Part shown: one piece after another, positions 28,537-37,640 of the stretch
How the letters are laid out: the number at the start of each line of letters is the position of its first letter
Numbering within the stretch: the stretch's first letter is position 1
From: an uncultured Gemmatimonadales bacterium
GTDB taxonomy: Bacteria > Gemmatimonadota > Gemmatimonadetes > Palauibacterales > Palauibacteraceae
Assembly (NCBI GenBank): GCA_963783385.1
Contig: CAWANJ010000006.1
Coordinates: 224,001-288,000, forward strand
Reading direction: 5' to 3'
DNA length: 64,000 nucleotides
The notes under the pieces: generated by a model
Seen by the model: only the letters and a program-made list of their open reading frames with translations
What the model was told of the DNA's origin: nothing
The model's database searches: none
Made by a program: the position numbers and the translations under genes

Positions 28537-30921
28537 GTGGCCCACCAGAACCCCTCCGTCTCTTCGCGCCCCCCTTCCGCCCGGGTCACCGAGGAGCTCG
28601 ACCGCGAGCTCGGCCTGGGTGGCGCCGTGGCGCTGGGCGTCGGGACCATGATCGCCGCAGGCATCTTCGTCCTGTCGGGGCTGGCCGTGGCCAACGTGGG
28701 CGCCGCCGCCGTTGTCGCCTTCCTCATCGCGGCCGCCGTGGCCGCCTTCACGGCGGCGACCTACGCGGAGTTCGCGTCCATCTACCCCGAGAGCGGCGGC
28801 GGCTACATGTACGTGGCCAACGTCTTCGACTCGGACCTCACCTACCTGGTCGGCTGGGCGATGATCCTGGGCTATCCGGCCAGCGCGGCCTTCTACCTGG
28901 CCAGCTTCTCGGACTGGTTCTACCGGTTCCTGTATCCGGCCCTCGACATCCCCGAGGCCATCCCGTACTGGGTGTCGGGGCTCGTGCTCCTCGCGCTCCT
29001 CGTGGCGGTGAACGTCAAGGGCACGCGCGAAACGGGCCTGTTCCAGGTGATCGTCACGACGCTCAAGGTGCTGCTGATCGGCGTGTTCCTGTACGGAGGT
29101 CTCCGGGCCTTCGACGGGGACATCGTGATGACCTCACTGCGCGCCAACCTCCACGACCTCCCGCGGCTCGGCCTCACGAGCGCGCTCGTGTTCATCACCT
29201 TCTTCGGCTTCGAGGCCATCGCCACCAACGCCGAGGAGATCCGCAGCCCCGGCGTCACGATCCCGCGTGCCATCTTCATCAGCATGGGGGCGGTCACCGT
29301 CATCTACGTGCTCGTGGTTCTGGTCATCGTGGTCGCCGTGCACGACGGGGCCTTTCTCGAGTTCCTCGCGACGAAGGCGGGCCTGGGGAGCGCAGAGTCC
29401 GCGCGTCGTTTCGTGGCGGAGAACGGCGAGGTATCCATGGGGCGGGCGGCCCAGTACTACCTGGGCGACATCGGGTTCTACGTGGTGATCGTCGGGGCCC
29501 TCCTCTCCATGGTGTCGGCCGCCAACGCCACCATCATGGCGGGCTCACGCGTGAAGCTCGCCATGGCCCGCAGGCGCCACCTCCCCGCCTCGATCGAATC
29601 GGTCCATCCTCGCTTCCGGACGCCCCATCGGGCCGTGCTCCTCACCGGCGGCCTCATCCTGTGCTTCATCGTCGTGTTCACCGTGTTTTTCGGCGAGATT
29701 CCGGGGGCCCGATCGACCGGAGAGGGCTCCACGATCGAGCTCGGCATCGAGGCCGTCGCGCACTTCGCGGACTTCATGCTCCTGAGCGGGCTGATCTTCG
29801 TGAACCTGGCCCTGGTCCGGTCGCGGCGGGACGCCCCGGACATCCGGCGCCCCTTCCGCGTCCCCCTGGTTCCCTGGGTCCCCGTGGCGGCGGTGCTCGC
29901 CAACCTGGTCCTCCTCGTCAACGTCGAGAAGGTGAGCCTCGTGCTGGGCTTCCTGGCCCTCGGGGTCGGCGTCGTGTTCTGGTTCGGCTGGAAGTCGGTC
30001 CCGAAGAGCGCCGAGGAGATGGAGACCGAGACGCCCACGGCCATGGCGGAATATCGCTCGGCCCGGCGCGGCCACCAGCTCATGGTGGCGCTCGGGAATC
30101 CTGAGCACGCCGACTGGCTGATGGGAACGGCCACCGCCCTGGTGGGCGAGGGCGGCGGAGACCTCCTGGTCATGAGCGCGGTGCTGGTCCCGGACCAGAC
30201 GCCTCCCTCCGAGGGACGCAGGCAGGGTGAGAAGAACCGGGAGGTCCTGCAGCGTGCCCTGGGCCTGGCCGAGGAGGCCGGCGTCACGGCCGACGGGATG
30301 ATCCGAATCGCGCACCGCGCCCCCGACGCCATCCTGAACACCATACTCCAGCACGAGCCGCGCGCCGTGCTCCTGGGGTGGGACGGACGCATGCCGAGGG
30401 GACAGGACCTGTTCTTCGGCTCGATCGTCGACCGGATCCTGACCGAGGCGCCCTGCGACGTGTTCGTGGAGACGGCCGGCTCGGGGAAGGTCGCCGAGGC
30501 CGAGAGCCTCCTGCTTCCGACCGCCGGAGGCCCCCACGCGGAGCTGGCCCTGTCGACCGCCGCGGCCCTGGCCCGCAGGTCGGGGGGCCGGGTCGTGCCG
30601 GTGACCGTGGTGGACCCGGGTGCCTCCGGCGAAGAGCGACGCCGGGCCCGTGCCCTGCTGGACGGGGCCGCCGAACGGCTCGGGGAGACCGCGGGGGAGC
30701 CCCTGCTCCTCGAGGCCGAGGACGTGGCGGCGGCCCTCGTCGGAGAGAGCGCGCGGCACGACCTCGTCGTGCTCGGGGCCACGCACGAGGGCCGGCTGCA
30801 TCAGCTGGCGGTGGGCGCGATCCCCTACTCCGTGGCCGCGAAGAGCGACACGCCCGTGCTCATGGTCCGGCGCCGGCCCGGCGTGGCGTCACGCCTCCTG
30901 CGCCGCCTCCCCTGGCGCTGA
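28537..30921 (+). CDS. Second APC permease-USP fusion
   Basis: GTMIAAGIF, YAEFASIYPESGGGY, FFGFE; C-terminal LMVALGNP and LLLPTAGGPHA. Confidence 0.88.
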   Translation: MAHQNPSVSSRPPSARVTEELDRELGLGGAVALGVGTMIAAGIFVLSGLAVANVGAAAVVAFLIAAAVAAFTAATYAEFASIYPESGGGYMYVANVFDSDLTYLVGWAMILGYPASAAFYLASFSDWFYRFLYPALDIPEAIPYWVSGLVLLALLVAVNVKGTRETGLFQVIVTTLKVLLIGVFLYGGLRAFDGDIVMTSLRANLHDLPRLGLTSALVFITFFGFEAIATNAEEIRSPGVTIPRAIFISMGAVTVIYVLVVLVIVVAVHDGAFLEFLATKAGLGSAESARRFVAENGEVSMGRAAQYYLGDIGFYVVIVGALLSMVSAANATIMAGSRVKLAMARRRHLPASIESVHPRFRTPHRAVLLTGGLILCFIVVFTVFFGEIPGARSTGEGSTIELGIEAVAHFADFMLLSGLIFVNLALVRSRRDAPDIRRPFRVPLVPWVPVAAVLANLVLLVNVEKVSLVLGFLALGVGVVFWFGWKSVPKSAEEMETETPTAMAEYRSARRGHQLMVALGNPEHADWLMGTATALVGEGGGDLLVMSAVLVPDQTPPSEGRRQGEKNREVLQRALGLAEEAGVTADGMIRIAHRAPDAILNTILQHEPRAVLLGWDGRMPRGQDLFFGSIVDRILTEAPCDVFVETAGSGKVAEAESLLLPTAGGPHAELALSTAAALARRSGGRVVPVTVVDPGASGEERRRARALLDGAAERLGETAGEPLLLEAEDVAAALVGESARHDLVVLGATHEGRLHQLAVGAIPYSVAAKSDTPVLMVRRRPGVASRLLRRLPWR

Positions 30922-32322
30922 GCCGGTCCGCACCTCCCCATCTTCCGCGGGGTCGCCCGCCGTGCCCGCCTCCCCGCTCTTCTCCAGCACCCACTGCAGA
31001 GCCACGGGCCCGACGAGCTCGTGGATGGCGACCATGGCCACGAACAGCGTCCGGAGCTCCTCGCCCCAGCTCGGGAAGGATCGGGCCAGGATGGTGACCA
31101 TGCCGAGCGCCACGCCGGCCTGGGAGACGAATCCGAGCCACGCCCACCGGCCCACGGCGTCCGGCGAGCGCCCGACTGTGGCCCCCACGCGCGTCCCCGC
31201 CCACAGACCCGCAGCCCGCACGGCCACGAAGAGGAGGGCCCAGGTCCACAGGTCGGCCAGCTCGCTCAGGTGGACGGCGGCGCCGGCCAGGCTGAAGAAG
31301 AGCGCGTACAGCGGCAGCGAGGCGTTCTCGAGCGACTCGACGAAGCGTCCGCCCGCCACGGGCAGCAGGTTCTCGAGCGTGAAGCCCGCCGCGAGCCCCA
31401 CCAGGAGGAGCTCGAGGTGGAAGGTCGCGGCCAGCTCGGCCGCCAGCCACGCGAGACCGATGGCGAACAGCACCATCTGGCGGTCGACCCAGCGCAGGTA
31501 CGCCGCCACGCCAACGCCCAGCAGCCCTCCGGCGAGAAGCGAACCGCCGATCTCCGCCGCCAGTCCCAGCCCGAGTCCCGCCCCGGCGGTTCCTCCCGCG
31601 GGCTCCAGCACCGTATAGGCCACCGAGAGGGCGGCGGCGAACGCCACGATCACCAGGACATCCTTGACGACCGTGACGCCCAGGATGGTGGATGCGAGGG
31701 GACCCCGCGAGCGCGTGTCCGTGATCACGGCGATGGCCACCGAAGGGCTGCTCGCGATGGACACCGACCCGAACACGACCGCCACGGTCAGGACCAGGGG
31801 AAGGGGGCGACCGGCCGTGAAGGGGAGCCAGGCCGACAGGAGCAGGACCGCACCGGCCACGCAGGCGAACAGGATCGCGGTTCCCAGGAGGGAGATCGAG
31901 GCCAGGGACCGGCCCATCCCCCGCAGCTGGGAGACGCGGAGCTCCCCACCGGCCGTGAGGGCGATGAGCGCGATCGCAATGTCGTCGAAGAGCCGAAGGC
32001 GCTCGACGTCGGCGGGACGGAGCAGCCCCAGGGCGCCCGGGCCGACCAGCAGCCCCACGAGCAGGTAGCCGGTGACGCGAGACAGCCCCGCCAGCGAGGC
32101 CACCTGCCCGCCGAGGAACGCCGCCAGGAGCAGGAAGCCGAGCGCCATGGCCGTGTCGCCGGGGCCGGGACCGGCCACGGCCTCGTAGCTCCGAACCACC
32201 CACATGAGCCCCAGCAGCGCCGCCAGGGCGAAGGCACGTTGCGTGAGCTCGCGTCCGGCCACGTGGGATGGCTCCTGATCAGATCGGGGTGCGGATAGGG
32301 TCTTGTTCGCGGGGAGATCCAT
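30889..32322 (-). CDS. Cation:proton antiporter (Na+/H+ exchanger family)
   Basis: GYLLVGLLVGP, GGEL, SSPSV, VVKD, FFSLAGA, QAGVALG; start uncertain (32263-32322). Confidence 0.8.
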   Translation of the reverse strand: MDLPANKTLSAPRSDQEPSHVAGRELTQRAFALAALLGLMWVVRSYEAVAGPGPGDTAMALGFLLLAAFLGGQVASLAGLSRVTGYLLVGLLVGPGALGLLRPADVERLRLFDDIAIALIALTAGGELRVSQLRGMGRSLASISLLGTAILFACVAGAVLLLSAWLPFTAGRPLPLVLTVAVVFGSVSIASSPSVAIAVITDTRSRGPLASTILGVTVVKDVLVIVAFAAALSVAYTVLEPAGGTAGAGLGLGLAAEIGGSLLAGGLLGVGVAAYLRWVDRQMVLFAIGLAWLAAELAATFHLELLLVGLAAGFTLENLLPVAGGRFVESLENASLPLYALFFSLAGAAVHLSELADLWTWALLFVAVRAAGLWAGTRVGATVGRSPDAVGRWAWLGFVSQAGVALGMVTILARSFPSWGEELRTLFVAMVAIHELVGPVALQWVLEKSGEAGTAGDPAEDGEVRTGSAPGEAAQEA

Positions 32323-32365
32323 CTCTAGCCTCCCCGGCGTACGCCGCCCGCCCCCGCACTGGAGG

Positions 32366-33292
32366 ATGCCCGTGCCCGATTCCGAAGATGTTGGCTCCGG
32401 TCGCCCGCTGTTCCGCGACGACCTCCTGGAGGGACGCGTGGCCCTCGTCACCGGCGGCGGCACCGGGATCGGATTCGGAATCGCGCACTGTCTGGCACGC
32501 TACGGGGCGGACGTCGTTCTGGCGAGCCGCAGCCGCGATCACCTGGACCCGGCCGCCGAGGAGATTCGCCGCCGGACGGGGCGTCGCGTGCTGGCCGTGC
32601 CCGCCAACGTGCGCGAGCCGGACTCGATCCGCTCGGCCGCCGATCGCGCCGCCGAGGAGATGGGAGGCCTGCACATCCTGGTCAACAACGCGGCCGGGAA
32701 CTTCTACTGCCCCTCGGAGGAGCTCAGCCCCGGCGGCTGGCGAGCCGTCGTCGAGACGGACCTGTACGGGACTTTCTTCGCCTCGCAGGCCGCGTTTCCG
32801 CACATGCGCGACGCGGGCTTCGGGCGCATCGTCTCGGTATCGATGACCCTCCACCATCGTGGCTGGCCGGGCATGGCCCACGCGACCGCGGCCAAGGCGG
32901 GCGTGGACGCCCTCACCCGTACGCTGGCCCTGGAGTGGGGAGGCCACGGCATCACTGTGAACGCCGTGGCTCCGGGGCCCATCCCCACCGAGGGCGTGCG
33001 CAGGGCGTTCAGCGGCGGCCGCAGTGGAGACGCAGCCGGCGGCGAGGGCCGACCGGACCCCTTCGCCGGCAGTCGCCACGCGGAGGCGTACGCTCGCCGC
33101 ACCGTCCCCGTGGGCCGGCTCGGAGACCCGGCGGACATCGGGCACATGGTCACCTACCTCGCCTCCCCCGCCGGCGACTGGATCACCGGTTCCATCTTCG
33201 TCGTGGACGGAGGAGAGCGGCTGCTGCGCGGACCGCCTCCCTCCGTGCCGGGCGAGGGCCGGTCGGATCGGCCGGGCCGGACCGATCAGTAG
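32366..33292 (+). CDS. SDR oxidoreductase, 2,4-dienoyl-CoA reductase-like
   Basis: TGGGTGIG, NNAAGNF, HATAAKAGV (His replaces the catalytic Tyr), APGPI. Confidence 0.85.
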   Translation: MPVPDSEDVGSGRPLFRDDLLEGRVALVTGGGTGIGFGIAHCLARYGADVVLASRSRDHLDPAAEEIRRRTGRRVLAVPANVREPDSIRSAADRAAEEMGGLHILVNNAAGNFYCPSEELSPGGWRAVVETDLYGTFFASQAAFPHMRDAGFGRIVSVSMTLHHRGWPGMAHATAAKAGVDALTRTLALEWGGHGITVNAVAPGPIPTEGVRRAFSGGRSGDAAGGEGRPDPFAGSRHAEAYARRTVPVGRLGDPADIGHMVTYLASPAGDWITGSIFVVDGGERLLRGPPPSVPGEGRSDRPGRTDQ

Positions 33293-34278
33293 CCGAAGCT
33301 GACGCCAGCGCTGACCACGTTGTAGGAAGACTGCGTATAGGCGGCCGTGAGCTTGACGATGAGGAAGTCGAGGCTGAAACCGGCCACCAGCCGACTGGAG
33401 TTGTCCCCCTGGTCGTGCACCGTCTCCCGGAGCCGGTCTCCGGGCAGGTTGGGGTTGTCGATCGTGTAGCGGATGGTGACGTCGGAGTGCTCGAGCTCGC
33501 CGGCCGCGAACAGGCTGAGGACCGAGAAGTCACGTCCCACGATCAGCGCCGCGTTGCGCGCCGATCCGGTGAGATAGTCTCCGACGTGAATGGACTGCAG
33601 ACCGCCCTCCACGGCGACGTCGATGGGGAAGTCGGGGAACCAGTGCGTCACCGAGTGCTTGAGCCCCACCCCGAACGATCTCACCGCGCCCAGGTCCTGG
33701 TCCACGGTGATGGAGGGCAGCCAGCGCACCGTGACCTCGTTGCCGAAGGGCAGCCCCGCCCGGGCCTGGATGACCGCCATGGGGATGGCCGGGATGTCGT
33801 AGCCGTCCGGGAAGGGCAGGGCGTAGGAGGAGGGATCCCCCCCCGCCGCGATCAGCGCCTGTCGAAAATCGCCCCGGGGATCGATCGTGACCCCCTTGCC
33901 CGGTCCCACGGCCGTCGGGGTGGCGGGTCCCGGCCCGGCGCCGTAGGGATCCCGGTACAGGCGGCCCTGGAAGGTGAGCGTGTCGGGGAGGGTCGGCCGG
34001 AACGTGTTGTCCACGTTCGGGACGAACGCGCCCATCGCGGCGATCCCCACGTCGAAGTGGAGGGGCGCGTGCACCCGTGCGCTGCGGTACCAGCTCGAGT
34101 TGAGCGAGGCCCCGAGGCCGGTGGCGACCGGGTGCAGATAGAGCCTGGCGTCCCGGGCGGCCAGCAGCTGGATGGCCTTCGACACCCCCTGGGCCCGGAG
34201 GCCGCTCGCCGCCCCAACCAGGAGGAAGAAGGCCGTCACCAGGACCTTCCGCGCCCGCCATCGTGTTCGCATGCCCAA
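33286..34278 (-). CDS. Putative outer-membrane beta-barrel protein (DUF6588-like)
   Basis: Signal peptide, YLHP..G.G..LNSSWY.SA, G.GLKHS, C-terminal aromatic SFGY. Confidence 0.6.
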   Translation of the reverse strand: MGMRTRWRARKVLVTAFFLLVGAASGLRAQGVSKAIQLLAARDARLYLHPVATGLGASLNSSWYRSARVHAPLHFDVGIAAMGAFVPNVDNTFRPTLPDTLTFQGRLYRDPYGAGPGPATPTAVGPGKGVTIDPRGDFRQALIAAGGDPSSYALPFPDGYDIPAIPMAVIQARAGLPFGNEVTVRWLPSITVDQDLGAVRSFGVGLKHSVTHWFPDFPIDVAVEGGLQSIHVGDYLTGSARNAALIVGRDFSVLSLFAAGELEHSDVTIRYTIDNPNLPGDRLRETVHDQGDNSSRLVAGFSLDFLIVKLTAAYTQSSYNVVSAGVSFGY

Positions 34279-34570
34279 CCTCGCACCTCGTCAGCCGGAC
34301 CTCCCGGTCCGGGTGCCGCGTCTCCGGACGCGCGACCCGCGTCCGCTATACCCGTGCGGCTCCCTGCCGGAACCTGGGGGGCTCCGCCGGGCGACGCCAA
34401 GGTAACGCGACGCTCGCGAGCCCGAACAGTGCTGTGGACGGGAGGAACGGGACATGCGAGTCGTCGCCGTGTATGGGGTGCTCGGAGAGGGCTTTCCGCC
34501 CCACACGCTCCGCGGCCGACCGGTCTGAGCTCGCCGCGGTGACAGATCCGCCAACGGGAGGCGACGCGCC

Positions 34571-34855
34571 ATGCCCTACACCGTCGTTCGGGAACACGTC
34601 GGCAACTACGCTCGGTGGAGGCGGGCCTTCGAGGACCACGAGGGGTCGCGCGAGGAGGCGGGCTCGCGCGGCGGGCACATCTTCCGGTCCTCGGAGGACC
34701 ACGATGAGATCGTGGTCTTCCTGGCCTGGGAGGACCTGGATCGGGCCCGGAAGTACCTGGACTCCGAGACCGTACGCGAGGAGCGGGAGGCGGGCGAGGT
34801 GGAGGGCGACCCGGACGTACTCTACCTGGAGGAACTGGGTCGACCGGCCGCCTGA
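34571..34855 (+). CDS. Small dimeric alpha/beta-barrel (cyclase/ABM-like) protein
   Basis: HV.NY.RW..AF....R..AG, EIVV...WEDLDRA; GGGAGG RBS. Confidence 0.7.
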   Translation: MPYTVVREHVGNYARWRRAFEDHEGSREEAGSRGGHIFRSSEDHDEIVVFLAWEDLDRARKYLDSETVREEREAGEVEGDPDVLYLEELGRPAA

Positions 34856-34914
34856 GCGCCGGGACGTCAATGTGCGAAGATGCGCCGGGAGCGTGGCCGA
34901 TGCGTGAGGACACG

Positions 34915-35367
34915 ATGACGAACGAGCGTGGCGAGCGGGATCTCGCCGGCGTCTCCGAGGACGAGTGGAGGCGGCGGCTCACCGAGGAGCAGTTCCGCGT
35001 GACCCGAAAGGCGGGGACGGAGCGTCCCTTCACCGGCGTCTACGTGGATACCGAGACTCCTGGCGTGTACCGGTGCGTGTGCTGCGAGGCGGAGCTGTTC
35101 CGCTCGGAGACCAAGTTCCACTCCGGCTCCGGGTGGCCGAGCTTCGCCTCGCCCGCGAACCGGGCCGCCGTGACCACGAGGGAAGACGAGAGTCACGGTA
35201 TGCGCCGGACGGAGGTCCTGTGCGCCCGTTGCGGCGCGCACCTGGGACACGTCTTCCCGGACGGACCCGCGCCGACCGGGCTGCGCTATTGCGTGAACTC
35301 CGTGGCCCTCGACCTGGACGCCGACGACCCGGACTCGGGAGGCGGGTCGGCCCCGGAAGCGTCGTGA
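34915..35367 (+). CDS. msrB: Peptide-methionine (R)-S-oxide reductase
   Basis: [38 protein letters not shown]. Confidence 0.95.
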   Translation: MTNERGERDLAGVSEDEWRRRLTEEQFRVTRKAGTERPFTGVYVDTETPGVYRCVCCEAELFRSETKFHSGSGWPSFASPANRAAVTTREDESHGMRRTEVLCARCGAHLGHVFPDGPAPTGLRYCVNSVALDLDADDPDSGGGSAPEAS

Positions 35368-36509
35368 GCACTGGCGACGCCGGGCCGGAATCCGCGGACG
35401 CGGGAGCCGCCGAGAGCGAGCCGGCGGCGGCCAACGGACCTCCGCTCGAGCTCCTGGACGGGGCCGTGCCCGACCCCGAGGCGCTCGTCTCCGCGCCGGA
35501 GGAGCTGTGGGCCCGCGCGGGCGATCCGCGGATTCCCCTCAAGGCACGGCTCGAGGCGTTCGAGGACCTGACCGACGCGGAGGTGGGCGATACGTCCCTG
35601 GTGCGGGCCCGCAACCTGGAGCGGGAGTTCGGCCTCCGGCAGCTCTACCTCAAGTTCGAAGGCGGGAATCCCACCGGTACGCAGAAGGACCGGATCGCCT
35701 TCGCGCAGGTCCAGGACGCGCTGCGCCTGGGCTACGAGGGCGTCACCGTGGCCTCGTGCGGCAACTACGGGGCGGCCGTGGCACTGGCGGCCTCCCTGGG
35801 AGGTCTGCGCTGCGTCGTGTTCATCCCGGAGGGTTATCGGACCCGCCGCCTGCAGGAGATCGAGGGCCGTGGAGCGGAGATCGTGCGCGTGCCCGGTGAC
35901 TACGAGACGGCGGTCGACGTATCGCGCGAGCGCGCCGCCGAGGAGGAGCTGTACGACGCCAACCCGGGTGGCGCCAACACGCCCCTGCAGCTCCGGGCCT
36001 ACGGGGAGATCGCCCGGGAGATCTTCGACGAGCTCCGGGACGCACCGGCCATCGTCGCCCTGCCGGTGTCCAACGGCACGACCCTGGCCGGCGTGTACCG
36101 CGGCTTCGCCAGCCTGTACCGGCGCGGAAAGACGTCGCGCATGCCGAAGGTGGTGGCGGGCTCCTCACCGGCGAAGAACCCGATCGTGCGCTCATTCCAG
36201 AAGGAACTGCCCACCTGCGAGGACCTGGACCCGGCCAAGGTTCGGGAGACGGCGGTCAGCGAACCCCTCATCAACTGGCACTCCTCCGACGGGGACGAGG
36301 CGCTGAAGGCGGTGCGGGCCACCGGAGGCTGGGCGGACGACGCCAGCGACCGGGAGATGATCGCCTACGCGCGGCTCGTGCGGGAGAAGGAGGGCCTCCA
36401 GGTGCTGCCGGCCTCGACCGCCGGGCTCGCCGTGCTGATCGACCGGCACCGCGAGGAGCCGCTGCCGGGCGACCGCTACGTGGCCGTGCTGACGGGGAGG
36501 CGCGCGTGA
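35364..36509 (+). CDS. Fold-type II PLP enzyme, threonine-synthase-like
   Basis: [15 protein letters not shown] (PLP Lys), ASCGNYG, PVSNGTT, PAST; GTGA overlap with msrB. Confidence 0.85.
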   Translation: MSTGDAGPESADAGAAESEPAAANGPPLELLDGAVPDPEALVSAPEELWARAGDPRIPLKARLEAFEDLTDAEVGDTSLVRARNLEREFGLRQLYLKFEGGNPTGTQKDRIAFAQVQDALRLGYEGVTVASCGNYGAAVALAASLGGLRCVVFIPEGYRTRRLQEIEGRGAEIVRVPGDYETAVDVSRERAAEEELYDANPGGANTPLQLRAYGEIAREIFDELRDAPAIVALPVSNGTTLAGVYRGFASLYRRGKTSRMPKVVAGSSPAKNPIVRSFQKELPTCEDLDPAKVRETAVSEPLINWHSSDGDEALKAVRATGGWADDASDREMIAYARLVREKEGLQVLPASTAGLAVLIDRHREEPLPGDRYVAVLTGRRA

Positions 36510-37609
36510 GCGAGGGAAGCTGGCCCGAGGGTCGCGCGATCGTCTTCTGCGAGGGCGCGTTCGGCACGCCTTACGGGAAGACCGCCCATGGCCTCGTGCG
36601 CCGGACGGCGCGCTACGAGATCGTGGCCGTCGTCGACTCGGCCCTGGCCGGACGCGACGCGGGCCAGACGCTGGAGGGGCGCGCCCGCGGCATCCCGGTA
36701 GTCGCCGACATCGACGCGGCGGTGGCCGACGCCCGGGCGCACGGCCGGCTCGCCACGCACCTCGTCATCGGCCTCGCGCCCGATGGAGGACGCCTTCCCC
36801 CGGAGGGCCGCGAGGCCGTCCGGCGCGCCCTCTCCCTGGGGCTGGACGTGGACTCGGGCCTGCACGACTTCCTGGGCGAGGACCCTGAGCTGGCCGCGCT
36901 CGCCGCCGAGCACGGCGCCCGCATCCGCGACGTCCGCCGGCCACCACCCCGCTCCGAGCTCCACTTCTTCAGCGGCGCGATCGAGAAGGTGGGCAGCTTC
37001 CGCGTCGCGCTCCTCGGCACGGACTCGGCCGTCGGCAAGCGCACCACCGCCTGGCTCCTGGTGGACGCGCTCCGGGAGGCCGGCCTGTCCGCCGAGCTCA
37101 TCGGGACCGGCCAGACGGCCTGGATGCAGGGAGCCCGCTACGGACTGGTGCTCGACTCGATCGTGAGCGACTTCGTCTCCGGCGAGATCGAACACGCCGT
37201 GTGCAGGGCGTGGGAGGAGCGGCATCCCCGCGTTCTGGTCCTGGAGGGGCAGGGGAGCCTCATGAATCCGGCCTACCCGGGCGGCTTCGAGCTCCTGGCG
37301 GCGGGCCGGCCGCACGCGGTCGTGCTCCAGCACGCACCGCGCAGGCTGGAGTACGACGGCTTTCCCGGTTACGCGCTCCATCCCCTGCCGCGGCAGATCC
37401 AGGCGATCGAGATCATCTCCGGCGTCCCGGTCGTGGCCGTGACCGTGAACCACGAGGGCATGGAGCCCGACGAGGTTCCCGAGGCCTGCCGGGCTATCGA
37501 GGAGGACACCGGCCTGCCGACCGTGGACGTTCTCCTGGAGGGCGCGGACCGGCTCGTGGAGGTCCTGCGGCCGCTCACCGAAGCGCACGGAGACGCCGGG
37601 GCCACGTGA
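36506..37609 (+). CDS. DUF1611 / DgcN-like P-loop protein (putative D-Glu N-acetyltransferase)
   Basis: GKTAHGLVR, SGLHDFL, GTDSAVGKRTT, GTGQT, EGQGSL. Confidence 0.88.
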   Translation: MSEGSWPEGRAIVFCEGAFGTPYGKTAHGLVRRTARYEIVAVVDSALAGRDAGQTLEGRARGIPVVADIDAAVADARAHGRLATHLVIGLAPDGGRLPPEGREAVRRALSLGLDVDSGLHDFLGEDPELAALAAEHGARIRDVRRPPPRSELHFFSGAIEKVGSFRVALLGTDSAVGKRTTAWLLVDALREAGLSAELIGTGQTAWMQGARYGLVLDSIVSDFVSGEIEHAVCRAWEERHPRVLVLEGQGSLMNPAYPGGFELLAAGRPHAVVLQHAPRRLEYDGFPGYALHPLPRQIQAIEIISGVPVVAVTVNHEGMEPDEVPEACRAIEEDTGLPTVDVLLEGADRLVEVLRPLTEAHGDAGAT

Positions 37610-37640
37610 GCGCTCGGTCGGTCGGCCGGCGCGAGGCGTA

